From Chrysomallon squamiferum (taxonomy: Eukaryota > Animalia > Mollusca), in contig CM022671.1 of NCBI GenBank assembly GCA_012295275.1, positions 10,168,001 to 10,232,000 of the forward strand: a stretch of DNA of 64,000 bases. Reading direction: 5' to 3'. Positions 46,432 to 60,900 of this stretch are shown piece after piece. The notes below the pieces were generated by a model. That model was not told the DNA's origin and did no database searches. It saw only the letters and a program-made list of their open reading frames with translations. The stretch's first letter is position 1; every line of letters starts with the position of its first letter. A program made the position numbers and the translations under genes.

Positions 46432-48757
46432 CATCATCATCATCATTTTTATCAAATGATGGCTAGGGTATATCAATGAGAAATGAAATCTTGAGGACTT
46501 CAATGTTGAGTTTTCATTTTACTTTTTAAAACTATTTATTTTTGTAACCAATGTTTGTATTCAGAATAAGTGATTTAAAGCATTTACAAACTTAGTTCTG
46601 GGAAACAAATTATAATCTAAAAAATATTATTCCAAATAATAAAAATAAAATTCTATTGAAAAATTGGAAAACTAAGCCATAAATAAAACTGAAAATAAAA
46701 AGGTGTTTCCTAATATGAAACTTCCTATCTGTAATCCATGCTTCTAATACGTATTGCATTGACATTTTGTAATACTATAGAAAATCTGAAATTAAAAACT
46801 GATGTGTGAAAAAAATATGTTTTCATGGTCAGTGAATATTTTTACAAATTTTGAAAACCAGTGACAGTGTAATGTGTCTAAGTATTTAGACGAAGCAGCC
46901 CTTATATCTGAAAAAAAGAAGGAAAACAAAGTAAAGATTTCAGACTTGCAGAACCTCTTTAACAGAACATTTATACATCTTTTTTTCGTTTCTTTTTTGT
47001 TAATGGACATGAAAATGTCTAGGAATATATTTATGATTCTCTTTCTAAATAAAATGGTCTAAGAGAAATAAGTCTTACATTCAAACATCACTAATGGGAA
47101 AAGTATCTATATAATGTACAAATTTATAAAGAAAAAATGATAAAATAATAAAAATTAAATAAAAACAATAACAAAAATAATAATAATCAGACAAATGCTG
47201 AGTAATAATAGTGACAAATGAAATCTTAACTATTAGATGTTGCGTTTTCATTTATTATTTATAAACTTAAGAGAATATTTTGATAGCCTGTTTCATTTTC
47301 TTTATTTTTCCTTTTCTTTTCATTATTTAATTTGTAAACTAATATGAACTGAAACAGTTTAAATCTATGATCTATTAGTGTTATGTGCATCAGATTTGAT
47401 CTGTTTGAAAATAATATTTTAACTTTTGTAAAATACTTTTTTCTTCTTTTAATAGCTTGATTGATTATTCTTTGATTGTAAATTCCTTCCTAAATGTATA
47501 TTCAAACAAATGTTATTCATTTCTTCTGTCATATCTGTCTATATGACTTGAAGATCATCCCAGTATCAGTCATCAATAGAATAATCAAGTTTGTTGAACT
47601 TGATTCATGTTTTATTCATAATATTTCATGCAGTAAGGTTTATGAATCGCAGAAGTTGTGTTAACAACTGACTGACCCAAGATTACGACTGTTGTCAAGA
47701 TTGTGAGTCCTGTTCAAATATTTTTATGTACAGTGATAATTTGTTTTTCACTTTAGTGACTTTAATGTTAGCATATATTCTTTCACCAAACAATGAAACT
47801 AATAGTCGATGAATTTGCTTTCAATGTTCCATTTCAGTCATTTCAAAAACACATAAATTATTCAAACTATTAAAATTGTTTAAATATGTGTTAAACAAAA
47901 AATGTAAAAATGCATTATAACTAATAAACTAACAAGTAAATTTTGTAAAACACTTTTTAAAATAACACAGTAGTACCAGTACTATTATCAGAATATTTTT
48001 GTTTACTGATAAAAAAAAATCCCATCAAACAAAATTCTATTTAGCATAATTAAGTTTATCACAAAATGTAAAGTTGTAAATAAAATTATGCATTCTCAAA
48101 TATTAAAATTTGTTATAACAATATTGCAGCAAAATGAGTAAAATGATCACAAAATATGTTATCTCAAGATAATTAACAATAACTCATACATTCTCAATAG
48201 TTGCACTATGATTTTGTATTAAAAACCATCACAAAACATTCAGCAGTGCATTATTTAATAAACCATATTAAAAATAAAAATGCTTTATTTTCATAAAAAA
48301 AAAAATACATCTGATGATTTTTCTAAATACAGAAAAAAAATAAAAAAGATAAACACTGATAATTTTCTTTTAATTGTAAATCATAATAGTTTATAAAAAA
48401 AAATGTTACATAAACCAATCAAATTTACTAAGATTGCTTTTGTTTTTAATTCAATAAATAAATAAATCAATAAATCAATAAATAAATAAACAAATAAAAA
48501 CAAACAAATAAATAAAATTTAGAAATAATATTCATGATGTATACTAATATAAAACAAATTGTAAATTATAATGAAGAGATACAAATCATACTTATGAATT
48601 CATCAACTTTTTCAAAAATTGTTTTATTAAATTTGGTGTAAGTGACATTGATTTCAATAGATCCAAGCTAGACTTCCAGTAATGGAGAAGATAATGAAAA
48701 TGATGCAGTAAACAACAAAAAGAGAGAAAAGGGAACTTTTACTTTTCTAAAAAAAAA

Positions 48758-48813
<56 letters not shown>

Positions 48814-49335
48814 TGAAATGTTAATAAGAAAATTCTTAATATTTGTTAAGAGTGGTCAAGTGTGTGCAGAAAGAGAATGCATTAAGTATCCTTTTTTCAT
48901 TTGTACATGTTTGTGTGCATGTGTGTGTGTTTTAATAATTTAATGATACTAAGGTTTTCAGAACATTATCAGTGTATTAAATGGTGTAAGTGAAGAATTT
49001 CAATCAATTTTTGTATGTGTAAATTATCAGTTTTTCAAGTAGGCATAAATTATCAGGGTTTAAATGGTGTAAATTATCAATTATTAAATTAAATTTATCA
49101 GTGTGTTAAGTAAATGTAATTTACCAATGTTCTAACAGTAAAATTATTGTTGCAGTGTTGTTGTTGTTTTTCTTGTCTTTGCTTTTTTAGGATTATGATA
49201 AATGTATATTTGTATTTGATAGATGTTTATGTGTAATGTTATTAATTTATATTATGTTCTGATGAATATTTGTTTTAATGAATGAACAATGTATATATAA
49301 AAACATACACTGTATTGATTATTATTTGTTTTAAG

Positions 49336-49416
49336 GATCATGGGAATTCTGGATATGTGTCAAGTTGGACATTACTATTACAACCCACACACACCATCCT
49401 CAGTTCCACAGCATAG
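49336..49416 (+). pseudogene. PIWIL2: piwi exon, N/L1 junction
   Basis: ttttaag|G-IMGILDMCQVGHYYYNPHTPSSVPQH-AG|gtaagt. Confidence 0.85.
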
Positions 49417-49844
49417 GTAAGTATTACTTTCATTTTATCTGTGATTCTAACATTCGTCTAATTGTTACTCTCTGTTTTAAATATTTTTCTAGTTACAGTA
49501 ATCTTATTTGTACATGGACTTTAGATCATATATCCAGCATATCCATTTTCTGTTTGATAATTAAGTTTAGAAGAACTGTACTCCTTACATAATGTGAATG
49601 AAAATTAAGATAGTCATTTCCTTGAACAAAGAATATTACCAAATGATTTAATGATTAAAATGTAATTCCTGAAGGTCTATTTATTATAATTAATTTTATT
49701 TTATTTTTTTAATAAATATATTGTTTTATTTTAAATAGATGTACTGTGTTTCTTCTTCTTATTTGTAAAATATATTGATATATTTTGTTTCTTCTTATTT
49801 TTAAAACACATTCACATAGTTTGTTTTTATTTTTAAAATGACAG

Positions 49845-49958
49845 GCTTGAGGTGTGGACAGGTTATATCATCTCAGTCACAGAACAAGTAGGAGGACTTA
49901 TGTTGCTTCTGGATGCTTCACACAGAGTTCTCAGAACAGAAACAGTTCTAGATGTGAT
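49845..49958 (+). pseudogene. PIWIL2: piwi exon, L1 linker
   Basis: acag|LEVWTGYIISVTEQVGGLMLLLDASHRVLRTETVLDV|gttagt (compare LxIWPGY..DVSHKVIR). Confidence 0.9.
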
Positions 49959-50565
49959 GTTAGTATTGTACATTTTGCTAAGATATTTATCTCACACTTA
50001 AAACTACATGCATTACTTGTGATGCTGACAGAAGTGGGCTGTGACTAAGATTACAGACTGAGATTGTTTGAAATTAAAGATTGAGATTGGTTGAGCTAGG
50101 TCACAAAATCAGTTCTCGGCCAGTGGACTAGTTTCTGCTAAAGCCCATAGCCTCGGTCTTGTCGATTGAAGCCAGATTTGTATATTTTTTTGCTGTATGT
50201 TAGAAGGTAAAGAAAAAGGATGCTTTGTTGCTAACTAATACGGATAACTTATCAAGTGGTAAAGGTTGATTTTTCTCAGTCCTTTCCTTTGACTTGATAA
50301 CTATGTAATCTAATATTATAATGTATCTTTAAGTAAATATTTATTAACTGACTTACATCCAAGCTGTATGCCCTGCCTTGGAAAAGTACATATTCGAAAA
50401 TTAGAATATGTCCTTTCATTTGTGTTGTGTAAAACATAGCACATATAAAATATTAATAACAGCAAATCTCTTTTATTTTTCTGTCTGGTGCAGCCATCTC
50501 TTGAGTCCTTGTAACTTTCGCTATCTACTGACAGATCATTTTTAAATATAATTTATGTCTTTCAG

Positions 50566-50757
50566 GCACAGTGTTGTGGAGAGAAATATCAAAGGATTCC
50601 AAGATGAAATTTCCAAGAAGGTGACAGGCTGTGTTGTGTTGAAGAGATATAACAACAAGACATACTGCATCTATGATACTAAGTGGGATATGAATCCAAC
50701 AGACACTTTTTCATCTCGATCATCAGGGGAGGTCACTTTTGTAGACTACTACTACAA
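50566..50757 (+). pseudogene. PIWIL2: piwi exon, PAZ domain
   Basis: ttcag|HSVVER..GCVVLKRYNNKTYCIYDTKWDMNPTDTF..EVTFVDYYY|gtaagt. Confidence 0.92.
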
Positions 50758-51219
50758 GTAAGTCTTTTCTTTTTATTTACAAAATTTATATCTGAAAAGC
50801 TAAGAATCAAGCAACATGTTATGATAAATTATGAGGTTATTGGGTAATAGGGTATAAAATTAATAATTGTTAGATGACAGCTGCGCTATGTTCATTTCTG
50901 CTTCTATATTGTGATTAATGTATTATCTTGATTCAAAGATTCATAAACAGGTAAAAGATTTTTAGTTTTATTATGCGAGAAACTGTTTAAACTGAAAAGG
51001 CATTGCACAGATGTAAAAGACATAACCTAAGTAAATTTTTTTATCTAATTTATGGGAGTTTGTATTATTGTTCTTTTTCTTTTTAGTTTTAGTGGGTTTT
51101 TAAATTATTTATTTTATTTTTATTAATTTTATTTTATTTATTTTTAACATTTCAATTTTTTTTTACATTTTATACATATGGTATCATTTCATAATTTATT
51201 AATCATTTTTCTTTTATAG

Positions 51220-51304
51220 AAAAAGTTACAACATAACTGTAAAAGACCTAGACAAACCATTGTTGTTCCATAAACCTAAAAGAAAACATATGTCTCAAAT
51301 ATAG
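51220..51304 (+). pseudogene. PIWIL2: piwi exon, PAZ second half, truncated
   Basis: tatag|KSYNITVKDLDKPLLFHKPKRK runs into TAG with no donor; the LxPEL..MTG segment is absent. Confidence 0.8.
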
Positions 51305-51851
51305 ATTATTTCAAACTTAAAAATCATTATTTTATTTATTTTATATTTTACATTTTTTGTCTCAAATATAATCTATTTCATGCCTTTAAATCAGATTTGT
51401 ATTTATGTTATTAATGCTATTCTTTTTCTCTCTACAGAAAAATGCTTTTTTGTAGCATATCATTGACATATTTCTGTATTTGACATTTTTTTTTTATTAA
51501 AACCTATCTCACTACCACTAGATAAAAGCTTTAACAAAATTCATATATTTTGATTTTGTATCACAAGCAGATTCATGACTGTTAGATTAAAAACTTTAAA
51601 GATTTTCAAACTAACTATTAACAAGTAGTCCGGTCTTCATGCAAATTACCTGAATCAAAATTAGTAAGTTATACATTTTTAATATTTAGTCACATGTTGT
51701 CAATTTAATCAACTGTTTTTATTGTTTTTACTAATATTATTGTTTTTGTTAATATTTTATTATGATTATTTATTTTTCTTATTGTTATCATTATTATTAT
51801 TATTATTATTAGATGAAAAAGACTAATTAATTTTCTGCTACTAATTTTCAG

Positions 51852-52044
51852 ATTGACGGTCGACTCCTTCCAATGGAAAAAGAGTTGGGGGCAAAGAATT
51901 CATGGCGGGACCTGAGGCAGATTTTGGACCCAAGGTCACACTGTCAAAGGTCATCTTGCCTGTCCCTCTGAGGAGCTGGATTGTCTTCAACAGATCAGAA
52001 CTGAAACTTTCATTAGAGCATTCCAGGAAAAAATAAACCCACAG
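51852..52044 (+). pseudogene. PIWIL2: piwi exon, L2/MID, frameshifted and internally deleted
   Basis: IDGRLLPMEK / VGGKEFMAGPEADFGPKVTLSKVILPVPLRSWIVF / RTETFIRAFQEKINPQ|gtaagt; two frame changes are needed. Confidence 0.85.
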
Positions 52045-52331
52045 GTAAGTTTTGAAAAATATTTAGGTAATAAATATCCCCAGATTGGTTTATTTAAAAA
52101 TCCCTGTATTTAATTTCTCTGTTTTTTTTATTAATAATAAGAGATATTTTTGTTTAAATGTCCAGTTACTGATTCTTTTATTGACCCTAGAAATTAATTT
52201 TTGTTTCTCTGTCATGTGTCAGTTCTCAAGTTTCTTTTTTTTTTTCCTTCATTAGTAATAGATGAATTTTTATTTATTTATCTGTTTTCTAGTTTAACAT
52301 TATTTTATAAATATTTATTTTGTTTGTCCAG

Positions 52332-52427
52332 AACCAGATGGTTGTGGCCATTTGTCCAACCTGTCGAGATGACCGGTATGCAGCCATAAAGAAACTTTGT
52401 TGTGTGAAATGTCCCATCCCTTCTCAG
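52332..52427 (+). pseudogene. PIWIL2: piwi exon, MID 5'-phosphate pocket
   Basis: NQMVVAICPTCRDDRYAAIKKLCCVKCPIPSQ|gtaatt. Confidence 0.93.
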
Positions 52428-52527
52428 GTAATTAAAGACTGCATACAAAGAGAAATGCATCGTGTAACAAATGTGTTTCTTAGAATACCCTTTTTAAGTA
52501 TAAAGTGTGTTTATGATATTTTGTATA

Positions 52528-52537
<10 letters not shown>

Positions 52538-52617
<80 letters not shown>
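52538..52617. repeat. (GA)n microsatellite in piwi intron
   Basis: Directly visible. Confidence 0.95.
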
Positions 52618-52619
<2 letters not shown>

Positions 52620-52791
52620 GTTTAGTTATGCTTTTTGTTAAAAGATTTTACTGAATATTTTGCTGTAGTCCTTTATTCTGCTGCAAGAGGAAGTATTCTA
52701 AAAAGAGATTTGTTTGTTGTGGGTGACCTAATTTAGATTTCTTTTTTTAATTAATTGTTTTCAGAAATATTTTAATTTTTCATTTGGTTAG

Positions 52792-52959
<168 letters not shown>

Positions 52960-53545
52960 TGATAAATAGACCAACTTATGAAAGACAAATGATGATTTAC
53001 GAAATAACAGAGGTCTCTTAAATTTTGTTCCATGTGTTAACATCAAAATGAGTAAATAAATAAATAGTAAGTTAATTAAAACATTGTTATTGATATCCAT
53101 TTTTTTAATGAAATAAACAGGATTTGTAGGACAACATAGTCACTTCAATTTCATTTCAAATGCTAATATCAAAAATGAGTTTTAAAAAATGGGAAAAACA
53201 ATCTGTGTAGATACCTAGATAGCTAGAATATTAACTTTCAAAGTAACAGCACAGTAAATTATTCAAAGTTTGTAAAAAAAGAAATTAAATTATATAAAAC
53301 ATATACAATTTCTTAATTTCATTTAAAATGACAGCATAAAAATATGTTTTTTCTTATTCAGATTAATTTAAAAGTAAGTTATTGAAAACACTGGTATTTA
53401 CAGAGATTTTTGATAAAACAAACATTCCAATACCAAGTTTTTAATAACATAAGGAATAATTTATCCAGTATTTTCACTTTCTTAATTTCATTGCAAATGA
53501 CAGTATGAAGAAAATGAAAGTGTTAAATGTTTGGGTTTTTTTCAG

Positions 53546-53740
53546 AGTAATTTAATGGTGATTGGAATTGATGTATATCATGATGTCATAAAGGGTAAGG
53601 GATCTATTGCTGGGTTTGTTGCAAGTATGAACAAGACGTGTACGAGCTGGTTTTCAAAGTGTTGTTTTCAACTTCCCCACCAGGAGCTTGTCAATGGACA
53701 CAAAACCTGTTTGATATCTTCACTGAGAAAGTTCCATGAA
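53546..53740 (+). pseudogene. PIWIL2: piwi exon, start of PIWI domain
   Basis: SNLMVIGIDVYHD..SIAGFVASMN..WFSKCCFQLPHQELV..CLISSLRKFHE|gtaagt. The DVYHD and FQxPHQE motifs favour PIWIL2 over PIWIL1. Confidence 0.93.
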
Positions 53741-54134
53741 GTAAGTTTCTTTCTTTTTATCGTTTTTGTTTTTAAGTTACCTGATTTTGATTTTTTAATT
53801 TTATTTTTTCATATATTGCTTTCTTTCTTTTTTCTTTCATTCTCTTTTTTTTTTTTCTCTTTTCTTTCTTTCTTTCTTTCATTCTTTTTTTCTTTCTTTT
53901 TTCTTTCTTTCTTTCTTTCTAAATATATATATGGATGAGTTTCACATTTTGATAAAGTCTGTTTAAATTTTATTGACATTTACCATGTTTGTGTCATAAA
54001 AGGTCTATACATTTATTGGTAGTAATAGTGGTGGTAGTGGTAGCTAGCTGCAGTAGCAGCAACAGCAGTAGTACTAGAAGTAGTTGATAGGGTGATAGTG
54101 TTATTGTTGTTATTCAAAGATGAAATGTTGTGGA

Positions 54135-54251
54135 TATGGTCACAAACTGGCATATCTTGTTGGACAGAGTATTCACAAAGAACCCAGTGAATGTTTATCC
54201 AACATACTTTTTTTCTTGGCAGAAAGCATTCCTTTTCATATGGGAATTTAG
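54135..54251 (+). pseudogene. PIWIL2: piwi terminal exon with lost acceptor and lost stop
   Basis: [28 protein letters not shown] (canonical YAHKLA..LFFL*), then read-through [10 protein letters not shown]. No AG immediately upstream. Confidence 0.85.
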
Positions 54252-54455
54252 TTTTTAGAAGAGGAATGATATCATATTGGATTTATCCTTTGAACATTAT
54301 TCATTTAAAATATATGGTAAGTGTGATTTATGTTATTTTTAATCTACCATTTCATTACCATTGTCATGGTTGCTCAGGGGCAGATTATTGGGGGGTCCTC
54401 AGTTACACGGAACCCTTCGATGATAAATAAATAAATAAATAAAATTAAAAGTTAA

Positions 54456-54499
<44 letters not shown>

Positions 54500-54835
54500 A
54501 CAGAAGAAGAAAAAAAGATAAGCAAAAACACAAAACGAAAATGAAAATTGGATGAACATTTTTTTTCTCCGTAATTCTGTTAATTTTTTAAATTTATATT
54601 ACATTTATTTATTTTTGAAATGCAAAACTTAGATGAGTTTTTAATAAATGTTACGAAAGGTACTTTTTGTTGTTGTTACTGCTTGCAACAAAAAAAATAA
54701 AAATAAAATAAACAAAAAAAAAATAAAGAAATAAATAATTTTAATTTAAGAAATAATAATAGGAAAAAAAAAAAATGAAAAAAATCAATAAATAAAATTA
54801 AAAAAAAAAAAAAAAAAAAAATAAAAAAGAACATA

Positions 54836-54880
<45 letters not shown>

Positions 54881-55699
54881 GAAATAAAAGAACTGGTGTC
54901 CGTTTCAATTGCGCGTAGCCTTAATTACTAAAATAAAACTTATTACAGAGTACCGGTCACTTCTAATAAAAATGGCAGAAATTGTTCGAAACAATCTTAT
55001 GTTTTGACGAGGTTAGTTGAATTAAATTATATCGGAAAATATATAAGTTTAGATTAAGACAGTCAGCTATAGCGTTTGATAAATAATAAGCGAGAGTATT
55101 GGCTTTTATTATTATTGCAATTTGGAATATTGTAATGACTGGTCCATGGTTGTGGGAAAACAATAGTAACGACCCCCCCCAAAAAAAAAAAGTAAATAAA
55201 ACTTTAAGCAGATAAACATGCGAAAGACAGTTGATAATAGATTTTATTAATAATCGAAAATCAAGTATTACTCACAACTACACCTTCCTTTATGCACAAA
55301 AATTATATCATAATAATAATAATTCCACAATATATTAATGGAAATTAAAAATATTTAATTTAATTAGTTATAATTATCCAAAATTATTTAATCTGTATTC
55401 TAATGTCTTTAAACATATAAATATTTTTATGTATTTTTACTTTTGTCAGTTTTATATAAGTATATATAAAAATAATAATATAATGGATAAACTCAAATGT
55501 TAATTCATATTTATCAATGAATAGTTTATTTATTCTGAAATATGAACTAAAATTGGTAAAGCAAAAAGTAAGTAAATAAATAATAATTAAAAATTAAAAA
55601 AATAATAATCACATAATAATAATGATAAAAGATGGGAAAGAAAATGAACAAAGACCTTTTAATACTTGTTTATTACATATTTTGTTTTCTTTTATGCTG

Positions 55700-57050
55700 A
55701 GCAGCTCGGCTTGTTTTCCATAATTAATCAGTTTATCACTAGTTTAATACTAGTGAAGCTGCTTAATTAAGTCTCAATAGAAACCTAGCCACTGGCTTAC
55801 CAGATTGAGATGTCAGTGACCATTATTTTCAAACTGACAGTTGAAATGCCAAGTTTATTTTACATTGCTTTCAGTTTTGAAAGGTATAAGTAATCAGCCA
55901 TTTTGAATTTTGATATTTTATAAAGTTTTCTAAATTTTATTTTAAACTAGATAATTACTCAGTTAAGTAAGTCTACTAATGAATGATACTTTGTCCTGAA
56001 AAATCAATTCATTTTACTAATGATATTTAATTTTTCATTGTTTTTTTTTTTATGTTTCTTTCAGAATTACCAGCACTGATATGAGATAAAAATCATTCTT
56101 TGCAGAATGATGTTAGGATGTGTTTTGGTAAGTTTATACAAAATTCTTAAGCTATATCCTGTTTAAATGTCGGAAAATCATAGATTAACTGATAATCTGT
56201 AATATTATCTTTATAGTGTAATGTATGGTCCAAAGTATAATTTTGATTATTGATATAATGGTCATGATCTAAAATTTGTCCATTAACTAAATGGAGTTGT
56301 CCAAAAGAGTTGTCCATTAACTAAATCTGTTATCAAGTCATTGATTTCTTATAGTTAATTTTTCTTTCACCTGAACTGTCATTTTCCTTTTTCTTGGAGT
56401 GGATATTTATTTTTAAATGTTATGAGTTAAAATAATAAGAATCAAATCATTTTTGTGAATCATTCACTGTTTCTGCCAATAGCTGATCATTGTTTCCAGC
56501 TGCTGTTATGTTACACATTTATTCAAATACTTTGGCTTAATCATTCAGATTTTTAAATATTCATTTAATTCATAGTTAATTAGTCATTTTAATAATAATA
56601 ATATTATAAAAAAAAAAAAATTGGCGACATTAATTTTTGTTTAAAAGCCTCTGACTGAAATATTAAAATTTAAAATGTATCAAAAATAAATAAACAATAA
56701 AAATAATACAATTTAATTTGTCTTAATTATAGTATACATCTGTGTACAATTTTATATATTTCTAAATGCTTAAACTGAGATTAAATAAAACAATAATAAT
56801 GATAATAATAATAATAATAATAATAAAACATCTGCTGATCCAGTGCTGATATTAATCTGTGCATTATGCATTTGTTGTCAGTCTTCTAAACTTAATAACT
56901 AATAAAATAGTTATTATTAAAAATAAATAAATTATAAAAATAAAAATTAGCTAGTCATTAAGATTTAGAATGTACCCAATATGAAGCAAACAATCCATTT
57001 ATTCAAATCAGTGCTTTAATTTTATACCCAAGAAGGTATAAAAATGCTAA
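55700..57050 (+). repeat. Inverted diverged copy of 28.4-28.9 kb and of block B (33.6-35.0 kb)
   Basis: For example gtgaatcattcactgtttctgccaatagc (56455) is the reverse complement of gctattggcagaaacagtgaatgattcac (33797); acattaatttttgtttaaaagcctc (56627) matches 33611-33635. Confidence 0.85.
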
Positions 57051-57994
57051 ATTGACAGCAATCTATATAAATCAATAAGTCTATCTATCCACTAGAGAAA
57101 TAAACACAACACCTCAGTGAAGGTTCACGTTAATTATTTAATTATGATATTTCCTGCTACTTATTGTTTCCGGCACCTTTCTAGCTTGTTAAAGGTTTCG
57201 TATTCGTCATTCAAAAACATTTGGTTTCCCCGCCTACCTGAATTCTCATCTTCACCGTTTTTTCACTCTCTCTTACTTCTCTATGCTCTGTTCTCTTCTC
57301 TTTTTTAATTACCTTGAACCTTGAAAAAATTTAATGTGCTAATCAGAGCAAGCTGTTGTGAAGCACGTCTAGGATGGGCACACTTTCTGACAGGTCAGTG
57401 GGCATGTTCGTCGCAGAAAAGAGTTTTGGGTAAGGAAAGAGAATGGGTTCTCGTTACGATGACAGGACACAAGGGAGTGTCCAGCATATTGGATTGTAAC
57501 GAATCTGTTGCAATGTTTCGTTGATGTTTTCCGCTTTTTGTTGTTTCCAGCACTTGTCTTGCTCGCTGAATGTCTCGTATTCGTCACCGGGTCCGTGTTG
57601 GTTGCGTCCTGTTTGTTTGTTCTGTTCTCAGCTGCTGTTGATGTTTCCTTGTTTTTTTTGGCTGCTTCCCTCTGGTCCAAAAATTCCAAACTTTTTTTTA
57701 TTGCCAAATGTCTTTTTATTGATTTAAAAAATGCTATAAACACTTGCAACTAAGAATAAGAACATGAGTGTAGTTAACTTATTTACATTTATTATGTACA
57801 TCTAAAAAAAAAAAAAAAATAATAATACTATAACCGGGTAAGTACAGTCCGAAAGTAATATTTGTATAGTTTTATTTTTAATTATTAATTTAACTGGTTA
57901 TTCAAATTGATCCGTCAATCAGTCGATTCATCCATAGATCAATCAGCTGTTCAACCAATCAATCTGTAAGTCAGTAAATTCATTCAATTGTTGT

Positions 57995-60900
57995 TAATTT
58001 AATTTTATTTTATTTTTCGACACAAAAACATTCAACTCCAAGAGTCTAAAGTTTGTGTTTTGTGTTCAGAGTCCGTTACTACAGTGAGGAGGACTAACTC
58101 TCTGTCTTTCATGTTTGGTGCCAAGATCTTTTGATTTTTAGTTCCTCCAGTGTGTTACGTAGTGCTTCTCTTTCCTTGGCGAAATTGTGACAGTGAAACA
58201 AGTAGTGTTTGATGGTTTCAGAGAGTGCACAGCTGCAGTTGGATGATGTGGTGTTGTGGTATTTGTATCAGATTGCAGTTAAGTTGGTCAAGTAACCAAT
58301 TCTTGCTTTGCTGAGATTGTTGTTGTGTAGTTTGTTGGCGAGTGTGATTTTGAGTGTTTTGGTTAGTGGTTTGATGTTCAAGTACCATTTGTTTTTGGTG
58401 TTGTTCCATTTGTTTTGCCACTGCTTGTCATAATGTTTGGCTGCGATGGAGAGAATTTCATTTATTCCTTAGTGTATATCGGTGCAGATGTCTTTGACTT
58501 TAATGCTGAGTGACTCTTTGGCGTAATGGTCGGCAAGTTTATTGCCGATGATGCTGACATGTGCTGGGAGCCACTTGATGATTAGTTGTTTGTCGTTGTG
58601 TTGTATGTCCTTGTGTAGATGTTGTATTCTGCTGAGTAGGTCTGGTCTGCTGGAGTGTCCGGATTGTATTGAGATGACGGAACTTAGGCTGTATGAGAGT
58701 ATGACTGTGTGTTTGTTGTTGTTGTGTTTCACCCACAGCATGGCACTGATGATGGTGACCTATTCGGCCATGTATACCGAAAGGTGATTTCTGATACAGG
58801 CGAATTGTATGCATGTGGGTTTGTTTGTGTGATCTTGGGCTATGAAGGTGAATCCTATTCTCCCGTTGTCTGGGTTTTTGGATCCATCGGTGTAGATGTG
58901 CGTGTGTTGTTTGTAGTCGTCGTTTGCTGCTGCTAGAAATATGGCTTTTTTGAAGGGTGTGAACTGTTTTGTCTGTTTCTGTTTTGATCAGGAAAGGTGT
59001 GTTTATTGCTGGTTTTGTTTCTTTGTGATATGCTGGCAGTGGCATTTCTGCTAATCCTGTTTCCCTTTCGATTTTGTTGGCTGTTGTTAGGAAATTCGAT
59101 AGTAGTGGATTATGCGATTTAAAGGGTTGCCCTATTCTTTGTTGGTCAGGGACCAGATCCTTGGCGGGGTGGTCTCTGCTGAGGGTGTGTATTTTCAGGT
59201 TGTATTACAGTAGCTGCAGCTTTCTTCTGTATTTTAGTGGTTGGATGCTGTATATCGACAGGAGGCTGTCAGACGGTGTTGTGTTTGGTAGGTGGCCCAT
59301 CACTCTGAGGGCGCTGGATTGAAGTATGTCTAGTTTTTTTAAAGAGTGTTCAGGAGCATTCGAGTAAGCCGTGGCTCCGTAGTCGAGCCTGGGGAGAATA
59401 CATGCTTTGTTCATCAAAATTAGTGTTGACTCGTTTGCTCCCCAACTGGATTGAAGATTGAGCGTTTTTTTGCAGGATGCAATTATGTTGTGTATGTGGC
59501 ATCCGAAATTGAGTTGACTGTCGAATGTCACACCTAGAAATTTGAATGTTTTGGTTGGTGTTATGACGTTGTTGTCAATGTTTAGTGTGATTTTGTTATC
59601 TGTTTTTTTGTTGAAAAGGAGGCATGTCATTTTCAAAAGAGAAATCTTTATGCCCCATTTCAATGCCCAGTCATTTACATTGTTTAGGTCTTTTTGTATT
59701 TGTTTCTGTATTGCTGTGGTTGATCTGCCTGCAGGCCAAAAGGCGCAGTCGTCTGAAAAGAGTGCTGTGTTTATTGGTTGGGTTGGTGGAGTTTTGGCAT
59801 TGTCTTGTTTGTCGAGTGCTGTGACGATGTCGTTGAAGAGTGTTGGCGAGATCTCAGATCCTTGTGGAATGTCGTTTTCGATTATCATTTTGTCCGAGGT
59901 GTGACCATTCACTTTGACTGCTATGGATCTGTTGTTGATGAAGTCTTTAATGAAGTTGAACATGTTGCCTTTGATGTTGTTGTTGATTAATTTGACGAGC
60001 AGTCCCTTCTTCCATACCATGTCGAACGCTTTTTCAATGTCTAGGAATACTGTATTGAATTATTTTGATTTCCTAAAAGAATGGTTGATTGATGTTTGCA
60101 GGCGTGTGATCTGGTCATTTGTGCTCTGTTTCTTCCTGAAGCCGCTTTGTTATTTGCTGATTAAATTGTTGTCGTTTAGATGCTGGGTCAGGTGTGTGTT
60201 GATCATCATTTGCAGTGTTTTGCACATGTGGACGTCAGCGTGATCAGTCTGCAGCTGTTGGTAGTGAGTGATCTTTGTATGGTTTGGGCAAACTGAAACA
60301 TTCGGCATGTTTCCAGTTTGTTGGAATCTTGCCTGTGGTCCATATTGTGTTGTAGAGGGCGAGTAAGATTAGTAGTGTTTCATCTGGTAGGTTTTGTGTA
60401 GCTTATTTTATCTGCTCCTGTGGCTGTACTTTTCTTGTTTTTGAGGGCATGTTCAAGTTCGCTGATGTTGAAGAGTTGATTGTATTTCATGTGTTCTGTG
60501 TCTGCAGAATATTTGTCGATTGTTAGATTGTCCAGTGGTTTCTTTGTGAATTTCACTGGGAAGTTTGAGTTGCTGCTGGACTTGGTGAAAGTTTCGCTGA
60601 GTAGGTCCGCTTTTTGCTTGTTGGTGAATTGGATGTTGTTTTTGTAGACAGTGTTGATTCTGTGTTTTTTTTTCCCTTGGAAGTTTTTCACTTTGGCCCA
60701 CGTCTTTGAATGATGTTTTTTGGTCGATGTTGTTGCAAAAAAGTTCCCAGTGTTCTTGTTTTGCAGTAAGAATTAGATTGGAAACTTCTTTTCTTGCTAT
60801 TTTGTATTTTTCGGGTTTGGAATAATTTCTGTCTTTTTTGTATTGTCTTCTGATTTTGTTTCTTTCTTTGCATTTCTTTTCTATGTGTTCCGCTCACCAG

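Noticed and set aside
47635-47702. AG/GT-bounded segment upstream of the piwi exons, possible N-domain exon
   Set aside because: No frame gives a convincing PIWI peptide, and stops are present.
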